From: a virus
Lineage: Duplodnaviria; Caudoviricetes
Reading direction: 5' to 3' (one strand)
Length of the DNA stretch: 32,700 bases
IMG/VR virus record: IMGVR_UViG_3300025288_000064
Coordinates: 1-32,700 of that record
In this document: positions 26,336 through 32,700 of the stretch, in pieces
How the letters are laid out: each line of letters opens with the position of its first letter
Numbering within the stretch: the first letter of the stretch is position 1
Program-made: the position numbers and the translations under genes
The notes under the pieces: model-generated
The model's database searches: none
What the model saw: the letters and a program-made list of their open reading frames with translations, nothing else
What the model was told of the DNA's origin: nothing

Positions 26336-26761
26336 TCAGGCTACACGCCTACCATGCCGCCTTGCATCATAGGTCAGGGCGGCAATGATCTTGTTGAGGT
26401 GAACCGGGGTGCAAAACGTGAGTCGCTCAACCTTGAACATGCGCTTGGCCATGCCGTCGGCATAGGACCAGGGTCGCCCAGCTTCAGCCAAGAAGGCTTC
26501 GATCTTGCTCATCAGGCGTTTGCGGTCAGGGTTTGAGGAATTGCGCGGCTTACCCCTTGTGTAGTCATTCCGGCCCCAGCCTTTTTCTCTGAAGTAGGCG
26601 ATCAATTTACGCCGACCCAAGGCATCAAGGTCCGCAGACGATTCAACACCGCAAAGTTCTTGCAGCACCGACCGATATAGGTCATCGTCTAGCCCCAGGT
26701 CCTTTTTGGCCAGATGTATCATAGCTAGGTCCTTGCGTCTCTGTAGCTGATTTTCTTTCAC
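26336..26761 (-). CDS. gemA: GemA / gp16 family protein (DUF1018)
   Basis: IHLAKKDLGLDDDLYRSVL...GVESSADL; KIEAFL...WSYADGMAKRMF. Confidence 0.93.
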   Translation of the reverse strand: MKENQLQRRKDLAMIHLAKKDLGLDDDLYRSVLQELCGVESSADLDALGRRKLIAYFREKGWGRNDYTRGKPRNSSNPDRKRLMSKIEAFLAEAGRPWSYADGMAKRMFKVERLTFCTPVHLNKIIAALTYDARRHGRRVA

Positions 26762-26927
26762 GTGCCTTCCTCATTTTATATTCGCACTGCGCACATATTT
26801 TCTGGTCTTTCATGATCGGCGCACTCTTACACACCGGGCAAGAATGCCAACCTTCCAACTTCATGTGCTTGATCCAGCCCTTTTGCTGAGCCCGCGCTCT
26901 TCGAATGGCATCCTCTAATTCGTTCAT
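26682..26927 (-). CDS. Small zinc-finger protein (CPVC...CAQC)
   Basis: Two CxxC pairs; ATGA coupling; overlaps gemA 5' end. Confidence 0.6.
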   Translation of the reverse strand: MNELEDAIRRARAQQKGWIKHMKLEGWHSCPVCKSAPIMKDQKICAQCEYKMRKARERKSATETQGPSYDTSGQKGPGARR

Positions 26928-27148
26928 TTGGTCGCAGCGATTACTTCTGGTTTCGTTTTCAGTGCAGCCCGCAGAATTTGGATAGCCTTCCCGACGTTCT
27001 TTCCGCCCCTAAGATTCGGGCTTTCAAGCGCCCATATGGCGGTAGAAATCGCTTGCTCTAAGCTGCGGTTTTCTTTTGCTACTTTCCGCAATTTTTCCAA
27101 TAGAAAAAGTTCCCACGGGCTGGCAACTATGCCGGTTTCGTTATTCAT
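26924..27148 (-). CDS. Hypothetical protein (74 aa)
   Basis: ATG at 27148 with AAAGGAGA. Confidence 0.65.
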   Translation of the reverse strand: MNNETGIVASPWELFLLEKLRKVAKENRSLEQAISTAIWALESPNLRGGKNVGKAIQILRAALKTKPEVIAATK

Positions 27149-27189
27149 ACGATCTCCTTTCTGTTGATCAGAGCGCCTGTATCTAAGCC

Positions 27190-27399
27190 TCAGACTACCC
27201 ACCTGAAAAGATTTACCTTGGCCGGATTTGCCACCCCTTGAATGAGTTCGACGGTCAGGAGGCCATCACGCTTAGCCTGCAGGCACACTGCATTTAGTTT
27301 GCTCTTTGGCTGGCCTGTGATCCATGCAGCCCATTTGATGAGGAAAGCCTGTCCATTGCATCTTTCTTTTAAAACCTTCAAAATCTCATGGGAAGTCAT
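27190..27399 (-). CDS. Hypothetical protein, possible winged HTH
   Basis: 69 aa; ATGA coupling to upstream gene. Confidence 0.6.
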   Translation of the reverse strand: MTSHEILKVLKERCNGQAFLIKWAAWITGQPKSKLNAVCLQAKRDGLLTVELIQGVANPAKVNLFRWVV

Positions 27400-27728
27400 A
27401 GGTGTTTACCGCCATGACGATACGGACGCGTTTCGTTGAAGTCCATCTTCTCTTTGATGGCTTGGTCAAGGTCGATGCCGTGGCGTTCGCAAAACTCAGC
27501 GATTCTGATTACGCAATCGGCAAGTTCTGAAGGAACCCCTTCAGGCTTGCCTGAAGGGCTTACCCATGCGAATGCTGGGTCCGCTGTCTCTCGAAAGGCT
27601 TCAAGCGCCTCGGAAAGCTCAGAGTGCATCAGGGCTATCAAGTCCCCAAATGACTGTTTAAGGGTATGCCAACCCTTCGATTTTGCGGTCTGAAAAGCCT
27701 TTTTCTGAAGGTCGCTAATCCTCATCAC
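27396..27728 (-). CDS. MazG-like nucleotide pyrophosphohydrolase
   Basis: IALMHSELSEALEA, ELADCVIRI, KMDFNETRPYRHGGK. Confidence 0.88.
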   Translation of the reverse strand: MMRISDLQKKAFQTAKSKGWHTLKQSFGDLIALMHSELSEALEAFRETADPAFAWVSPSGKPEGVPSELADCVIRIAEFCERHGIDLDQAIKEKMDFNETRPYRHGGKHL

Positions 27729-27874
27729 TCCATCCTTTCAGGCAACGGATCACCACGTAAACTCGTAGGGTAAGTCTGGTTGATGTCTGTCGTATCACCC
27801 CCGGCTACCGGGTTGCTGTGACGACATCCGGTGAGGACGCAGAGCAATAGCAGTAAGGCAATGATCTTTTTCAT
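27725..27874 (-). CDS. Small lipoprotein (49 aa, MKKIIALLLLLCVLTGC...)
   Basis: Translated by hand; lipobox LTGC; start and stop overlap both neighbours. Confidence 0.75.
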   Translation of the reverse strand: MKKIIALLLLLCVLTGCRHSNPVAGGDTTDINQTYPTSLRGDPLPERME

Positions 27875-28077
27875 TGGCATCCTTTCTTCATTCTGAGGTC
27901 TTCTAAGGTGTCTGCAAGCACTTCTCTCCCGTGGGCGGTGATTTCATACGATCGCCCCTGATACTTGGTGTTGACCTGCCTAATCAGGCACCTATCGGCC
28001 AAGTGAGTTGGGTGAGCGCCCAACCGCCCACGGGAAAGCTCAGAGAGAATTGAAATCTTGGTAGAATGTAGTTTCAC
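27871..28077 (-). CDS. Hypothetical protein, winged-helix-like
   Basis: GTG start with AAGGAGA; LADRCLI...YEITAHGREVL. Confidence 0.7.
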   Translation of the reverse strand: MKLHSTKISILSELSRGRLGAHPTHLADRCLIRQVNTKYQGRSYEITAHGREVLADTLEDLRMKKGCQ

Positions 28078-28092
28078 CGGTTATCTCCTTTC

Positions 28093-28152
28093 GGCTGCTC
28101 ATCAGATCAGGACCGCCACGTCCAGATGACAGGGCACACAGCCCTGTTTCGC
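28093..28152 (-). ncRNA. Type II hammerhead ribozyme
   Basis: GC-GAAA-CAGGGC(UGUGU)GCCCUG-UC-AUCUGGAC(GUGGCG)GUCCUGAU-CUGAUGA-GC-AGCC: full catalytic core, GUC cleavage triplet, three stems, loop I GGC can pair with 3' GCC. Confidence 0.92.
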
Positions 28153-28153
28153 G

Positions 28154-28669
28154 CTAAATAGCTTCGAGTCTTACTTCAAATGGCTCAATGGCCAGCTCTT
28201 CTTTCTCTTTTACGATGGTGATGCCCTTGATGCCGGTGACGGCGGCCTGTTCTGCTAGGATCATATCCTTGCTGACCTCTTCCTTTGTTCTGACGAAGCG
28301 GCCAAGGCCTTTCTTTTTGAGCATCTCAATAATTCTCTCAGGCTTCGACAGGCGCACAGACGGCGGGCACTTACGCCATGAAATGGTTCCTGAAGGCAAG
28401 TTCACTGTCTTGGTTTTGCCGTTGTCCGTAAGTTCAACGCGGTTTACTTCGCAGTAAGCCTGAATGCCTTTCGTGAGGGCTTTGACCATGTCGTTCACCG
28501 GCTCGGCGTCTTCTTCATAACGCTGCTTGGTTCGGGTAACCACATCGTTCATCTCGTTTTCGATCTTGTTCCGCAGACGCTCCTGCCGACCGAGTTCGGC
28601 AATCTTCTCCACCAAGTCCTGACGATTGACGGGAATCTGCCTGTTTACCTGCACTTTTGTTTTGGACAT
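28154..28669 (-). CDS. gam: Host-nuclease inhibitor Gam (Mu type)
   Basis: IQAYCEVNRVELT..GKTKTVNLPSGTISWRKCPPSV; RFVRTKEEVSKD; ATG at 28669 with AAAGGAGA. Confidence 0.95.
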   Translation of the reverse strand: MSKTKVQVNRQIPVNRQDLVEKIAELGRQERLRNKIENEMNDVVTRTKQRYEEDAEPVNDMVKALTKGIQAYCEVNRVELTDNGKTKTVNLPSGTISWRKCPPSVRLSKPERIIEMLKKKGLGRFVRTKEEVSKDMILAEQAAVTGIKGITIVKEKEELAIEPFEVRLEAI

Positions 28670-28838
28670 ATTTGTATCTCCTTTCAATTCTTTGCCCGGT
28701 AAGGCAATCGCAACACTTCCAGACCCAGGGGCGCATCTCGCCCCGATAAACCAGCGCCTTGGCATGGAGTCGTCTGATGAGGCAAACCCGCCTTTCCATC
28801 GTCCGGCCCCAGGGAAGGCACTGTATCAATCCAGGCAT
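28515..28838 (-). CDS. Small Cys-rich hypothetical protein
   Basis: IQC...VCLIRR...CCDCLTG pattern; fills gap upstream of gam, but the frame runs about 155 nt into gam. Confidence 0.5.
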   Translation of the reverse strand: MPGLIQCLPWGRTMERRVCLIRRLHAKALVYRGEMRPWVWKCCDCLTGQRIERRYKYVQNKSAGKQADSRQSSGLGGEDCRTRSAGASAEQDRKRDERCGYPNQAAL

Positions 28839-29122
28839 ATCTTCTTCCAACGGCCAAAGGCCTGATGGAATCGCTCAATACTTCTGACCGCAAGGGCCGC
28901 CAGCAAATCAATCTCTTGATCCGAAACATACTGACGGCAAAACGCTTCACCAAGACGGCACACATCATCTGAGGCCTGTAGCAGGTAGCCGACAACTATA
29001 TCGATACCGTCATCCATTCCAAGCGTGTGCTGGGCCACAAGCAGCCCATGGGAATACTCATGCAGCTCTGTTTTGATCTGCGCAATGAGATCGCGAGAAC
29101 GCTGATAGCCGGTTTCGTTCAT
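28826..29122 (-). CDS. Hypothetical protein (98 aa)
   Basis: ATG at 29122 overlapping upstream stop; RBS AAGGAG. Confidence 0.7.
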   Translation of the reverse strand: MNETGYQRSRDLIAQIKTELHEYSHGLLVAQHTLGMDDGIDIVVGYLLQASDDVCRLGEAFCRQYVSDQEIDLLAALAVRSIERFHQAFGRWKKICLD

Positions 29123-29619
29123 GCCGCTTGCTCCTTTTCCCACACCATCTTGCTGGTGTTGCAGTCATAGACGAACCCGCGCTCTCGCCCAACTTTTGGA
29201 GCCCTTGGCCCGGTATCTCGAATCAACTGGTACACATTGCTGTGGCTCTTCTTGCTTGCGCCGGCAACGTAACCGGCGTGCGCCAAGAGCTTGACGTATT
29301 TCTGCGTAGTGCTCTTCCCCGAATTTGCGGTAGCCATTACATTCTCTATGGTGAAAATCCGGAGGCAGCGCATACTTTGCCACATCCTCTGCCTGGTCGA
29401 TGCGTTTGGGCCGCTGACAAAATGTGTTCGGAGATACTCCTCAAGCCTCGGAAGCAGCTTTTCTGCGCCACGGGCTCCGCCTGTCGGTCGCCGTAGCCAG
29501 GTTCTTACCGTCAGCTTAGGCACCCCAAGTATCTCAGCCAGTGCTCTGATGGTTTTTGCTTTGTGGTAAGCCTGGGTAAGCAGGTCATACCAAACGGATG
29601 TGTTTGCCTCACTCTCCAT
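29119..29619 (-). CDS. Double-HTH DNA-binding protein conserved downstream of MuB
   Basis: IRALAEILGVPKLTVRTWL; RQRMWQSMR...YVKLLAHAGYV...YQLIRDTGPRAP. Confidence 0.82.
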   Translation of the reverse strand: MESEANTSVWYDLLTQAYHKAKTIRALAEILGVPKLTVRTWLRRPTGGARGAEKLLPRLEEYLRTHFVSGPNASTRQRMWQSMRCLRIFTIENVMATANSGKSTTQKYVKLLAHAGYVAGASKKSHSNVYQLIRDTGPRAPKVGRERGFVYDCNTSKMVWEKEQAA

Positions 29620-29621
29620 GA

Positions 29622-30353
29622 TTATTGACCTCCGCGTTTTTTACTCTTTGGGGAATCAGATAAGAAGAACTCCATGGAACCCCACCTATCAGCGCCGATT
29701 ACCTTCAAGCCGGAGACTCGGGCTCTGCGTTCAATAGAGTCCAGGCCGATGACAAGCAGCCTGATGACTCCACCGGATGCCTGATAAAGCTTGCGCAGCA
29801 AATCATCTTGGACCTCTATTTCGCAAAGCGAATCACACAGCAAGCGGCAATCCTCGTAATCAGCGGGTTTGAACTCGACCCACTGAGCGATACGGTTCGC
29901 AAATTGTTCTCTGATCTGCACTTTGCGCTGCACACCCTGCATACCAATCAGCACGATCGGAACGGCCGACAAATCGTGAATATCTCTGAGGGTTTCAGTC
30001 ATTTTCTTGTTCTCAACGATGTAGTCAAACTCGTCTAGGAAGAGGGGCCGACCGGTAAGCCGAAGGTTATCGACGATCTGATCGACCATTAAGGCGCAGC
30101 GGTTTTTTGTAGCTTCAAGCTCAAGCTCTCGCAGGATCGTTTCCAACATGGCAGTGGATGACCAACTTGATAAGGCGCGGACGTAGACGCCGTTACACTG
30201 ATTCACAAACCAGGCCGTCGCAGTGGTTTTACCAAGACCGGACCGCCCATAGATCAGGCCTATGCCGGGTGTGCCTGGGGTTCTGGTTAGCAGCGAATCA
30301 CTTGCCTCTGCAAGTCTCGCAATGTTCTTGACTGGAACAACCAATTGCTTCAT
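29622..30353 (-). CDS. muB: MuB-like AAA+ transposition ATPase
   Basis: Walker A GRSGLGKT, Walker B FLDEFD, LRDIHD, VLIGM. Confidence 0.95.
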   Translation of the reverse strand: MKQLVVPVKNIARLAEASDSLLTRTPGTPGIGLIYGRSGLGKTTATAWFVNQCNGVYVRALSSWSSTAMLETILRELELEATKNRCALMVDQIVDNLRLTGRPLFLDEFDYIVENKKMTETLRDIHDLSAVPIVLIGMQGVQRKVQIREQFANRIAQWVEFKPADYEDCRLLCDSLCEIEVQDDLLRKLYQASGGVIRLLVIGLDSIERRARVSGLKVIGADRWGSMEFFLSDSPKSKKRGGQ

Positions 30354-30376
30354 AATTCCCTCCAGATATTGTTTTT

Positions 30377-30403
30377 GCCGGTCTTTTCGACCGGTCTTTT
30401 TTT
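30377..30403 (+). terminator. Intrinsic terminator on the antisense (+) strand between B and A
   Basis: CCGGTC-TTTTC-GACCGG followed by TCTTTTTTT. Confidence 0.6.
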
Positions 30404-32624
30404 ATGCCTTGTTCGCGCAAGGACCGAACGATTTCCTCATCATGGCCCAAACACGGTATTCACCTGTGGTTTCCCAACCTTTGCGCCAAATGTCGTCTTC
30501 TTCTGAAATCCCTATAAAGTTCTTAGCCAAAAGGGCTTCGTATCTCTTTATGCGGGCTTTCTTCTCGTCTTCTGCGACATCGTGAGCGAACTCAAGTTTG
30601 AAGATTTTGGCCAGTTTCTTTTCGCCATCTACCGGCAAGTCTTCTTTCCCGGCGGCGTCTATTTCTTCGAATGTGGTGGGTTCGTTGCTTATCTCGTCCA
30701 TGACGATGACGGCATCAGCGGCGGCCTGCAAAGCCTCCGGCGTATATGCCGTGGTCGCTTTTGGTATGCCGACAATTTTGTCTGCATTGTCACTCAAATT
30801 CTGAAGAATTTCGGATGCAATATTCTTGGTTTTGGTCGATCTGGAAATAGCTGTCAGCTCTGCTTTCCTGGCCGAGATCAGCTTTTTCTGTGTAGCTGTG
30901 GCCACGGTCGCAAGTTCTAGACGTGGAACACCGGTAATTTCGGGGCATTCGGCTACGCAAATGAGGTCCATTGCAGGCGTATATACGATGATTTTGCCTG
31001 CATCCAGGGGTTCATATCTGACCTTGACCTTGAAGCCGATGTAGGCCATCAGCTCAGGAGCGATATACGAGAAGTTATCAACGTTAATGCCCTTCTTCGT
31101 GACTACCCGCTCTCCGTTGTTGCTCGGAGCTTCAGCTAAGAGGATGTCGAGGGCTCGAACGTCTTCAATTGTTCTTGTCTCCTCCGACCATGATTGGACC
31201 TTTGCAAACGGAGTCATCTTGAGCGTTCTGTGTTTTTCGTAGAAATAAATCTTGTCTGTCCATTTATCGCAAAACTCTTGTAATTCCTTGGCTGAGAGAC
31301 TGATTTCAATGGTTTCGCCTCTTTTCATCAGGCGATCGGCAAAGCTTTTGCGGGCTTCGATGTCTTTTCTTTCAGCGACGTTATGGCCGATAAACCCAGG
31401 CATTAGCTCAAGCAAGCCGTGGGAAAAGGTTCTAAACGCTCGTTCGATGTGCGGCTTTTTCTGTGGTTGGAAGGGTGGACATAACTTTTGCTCGATTTCA
31501 AGGGCTTGGAGAGTCGATACTATATAGTTCGAGACGTAATCAGACCCGTTATCGGTCTTGATGACTTCGGGCACGCCCCAAGAAAGCATTGCATCTCTAA
31601 TGAGCAGCCCGACCTGAACGGCCTTACTGGACTTACTGACACGCAGTTTGAAACGTCGAGACCAAACATCAATATTCCCGATAATGGTGTGTCTACCATC
31701 AGTCAGCATGATATCGGCTGGAGTGCTGTCCATTTCCCAGAGTTGCAGGTAACGAACTACTTGTTCAGCGGCGTTTCCGGCGGCTACTTGGAACTGGTTA
31801 CGGAATTCATCGGGGTTTTTGATGGCAGTGAAAACCTGTTTGTTTTCTTCCTTCCAAGCTGCCATCCAGCGTGCGAAAGTTTTCAAGCTGGGAATCTCGC
31901 AGCCAAGTTCTTCATGTCGAGCGCAAGCTCCTTGAAATACGTGTTTGGCATCGCAAAGGGGGAAATCATTGATCATGGATACGACCAAATTTCGAAGAGC
32001 CTCGTTACGGTCAATGAGGCCTGAGCCTCGCTTGTTGCCGTATTGGCCGCTGAGTTTGGTGATTCCTTCTTTCTTTACGGTCTTGATCCAGCGCATGAGG
32101 CTACCTTGAGACACTGTTTTTATTGCTTCCCGTATCCAGCCGGGCACCTCGATCTGAAAATTGTTATAAAGGGCGCAAAACCTGAACTGGGAGGCTGTCG
32201 CAGATTCATTGCTGTTGGCTTTGAAAAGGGCCATCAGCTTGATGATCTCAAGCTTCGCGTTCATTCTGGTTTTTGCCATCGGCAGAAGCCCTTCTGATTT
32301 AATCAGGCTTGCCTGTCTATTGGTTGCAGCTACTTTCTTCTCGGTCTCGACCTTAATCCTGACCTTGGCTGCTTCAACCTTCCCGGCCTGGACAACTGGA
32401 TCGGTTTCCAATGCCTTGAGCTTTTCGTTGGTCGCTTTAACGGCTAAGGCCTGCTGGGTCTCCTTGGGAAGGCTGGAGATGTGGTATTCGAAGCCGCCGC
32501 CGCGTCCTGTGCGTGTTCTACGCAACCAACATTCCTTTTTGCTCTTATCTAGAATTGCCCTACGAGAAGGCGGGAGGCCCGGTGTGCCACCAACTAATTC
32601 CGCTATAGAGAACCATTTCTGCAT
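30402..32624 (-). CDS. muA: MuA-type DDE transposase
   Basis: N-terminal Mu HTH (WFSIAELVGGTPGLP); catalytic WEMDST, KTDNGSDY, KPHIERAF; Mu transposase C-terminal barrel. Confidence 0.97.
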   Translation of the reverse strand: MQKWFSIAELVGGTPGLPPSRRAILDKSKKECWLRRTRTGRGGGFEYHISSLPKETQQALAVKATNEKLKALETDPVVQAGKVEAAKVRIKVETEKKVAATNRQASLIKSEGLLPMAKTRMNAKLEIIKLMALFKANSNESATASQFRFCALYNNFQIEVPGWIREAIKTVSQGSLMRWIKTVKKEGITKLSGQYGNKRGSGLIDRNEALRNLVVSMINDFPLCDAKHVFQGACARHEELGCEIPSLKTFARWMAAWKEENKQVFTAIKNPDEFRNQFQVAAGNAAEQVVRYLQLWEMDSTPADIMLTDGRHTIIGNIDVWSRRFKLRVSKSSKAVQVGLLIRDAMLSWGVPEVIKTDNGSDYVSNYIVSTLQALEIEQKLCPPFQPQKKPHIERAFRTFSHGLLELMPGFIGHNVAERKDIEARKSFADRLMKRGETIEISLSAKELQEFCDKWTDKIYFYEKHRTLKMTPFAKVQSWSEETRTIEDVRALDILLAEAPSNNGERVVTKKGINVDNFSYIAPELMAYIGFKVKVRYEPLDAGKIIVYTPAMDLICVAECPEITGVPRLELATVATATQKKLISARKAELTAISRSTKTKNIASEILQNLSDNADKIVGIPKATTAYTPEALQAAADAVIVMDEISNEPTTFEEIDAAGKEDLPVDGEKKLAKIFKLEFAHDVAEDEKKARIKRYEALLAKNFIGISEEDDIWRKGWETTGEYRVWAMMRKSFGPCANKA

Positions 32625-32667
32625 ATGAGTCTTTAACCTCGGGCAGGAATCAAAACTGGAAAGGAGC

Positions 32668-32700
32668 TTACGCAGCCTCTTCGAGATACTCTTTTGGGCA
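32668..32700 (-). CDS. Possible 3' end of upstream small regulator (…CPKEYLEEAA*), truncated by window edge
   Basis: Only 10 codons visible; position upstream of A. Confidence 0.3.
   Translation of the reverse strand, partial: CPKEYLEEAA

Larger units (their letters stand above)
8..32700 (-). mobile_element. Mu-like transposable (pro)phage with siphovirus-type tail; one end at position 8, other end beyond the window
   Basis: Mu gene order (A, B, gam, gemA, mor, lysis, gp25-29, F, G, protease, capsid, gp36, gp37, tail); no sheath gene; terminal TGT followed by repeated binding sites. Confidence 0.96.

Noticed and set aside
28774-28800. Second hammerhead on + strand (CTGATGA-GGC...GCC)
   Set aside because: Stem is followed by TTTC, not GAAA; catalytic core incomplete
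30020-30030. Partial end-repeat match TGTAGTCAAAC
   Set aside because: Only half of the site, and it lies in the MuB Walker B codons; most likely chance
227-32628. Many + strand ORFs in the six-frame track
   Set aside because: Antisense shadows of well-supported - strand genes with no recognisable motifs; only 25148-25597 is kept
1-32700. Host taxonomy; tRNA or rRNA genes
   Set aside because: No host genes in the window and no tRNA- or rRNA-like sequence recognised

Overview
The window is almost the whole genome of a Mu-like transposable (pro)phage with a non-contractile, siphovirus-type tail, and nearly all genes are on the - strand. From right to left it carries: MuA-type DDE transposase, MuB-type ATPase, an early/middle operon (HTH protein, Gam, small lipoprotein, MazG-like enzyme, GemA, Mor/C activator), lysis (M15 endolysin), packaging (gp25/26/27-like, TerL, portal), MuF and gpG, head (protease/scaffold, cement, major capsid), neck, tail tube, frameshifted tail chaperones, tape measure, a distal-tail-like protein, and a 1994-aa LamG/S74 tail tip-fibre. 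The element ends at TGT (position 8), followed by five transposase-binding-like repeats. The repressor and the other end lie beyond position 32700. Most notable non-coding observations: (1) a complete type II hammerhead ribozyme between gam and the next gene; (2) an exact internal, inverted copy of the terminal repeat at 25087-25104, next to the only + strand gene, which is flanked by 8-bp direct repeats and appears to have split a phage ORF; (3) a MuF-PBECR nuclease fusion followed by a structured spacer rather than an immunity gene; (4) two matching late promoters; (5) a non-canonical -1 frameshift site with a hairpin. Family assignments come from motif recognition and gene order, not database searches.
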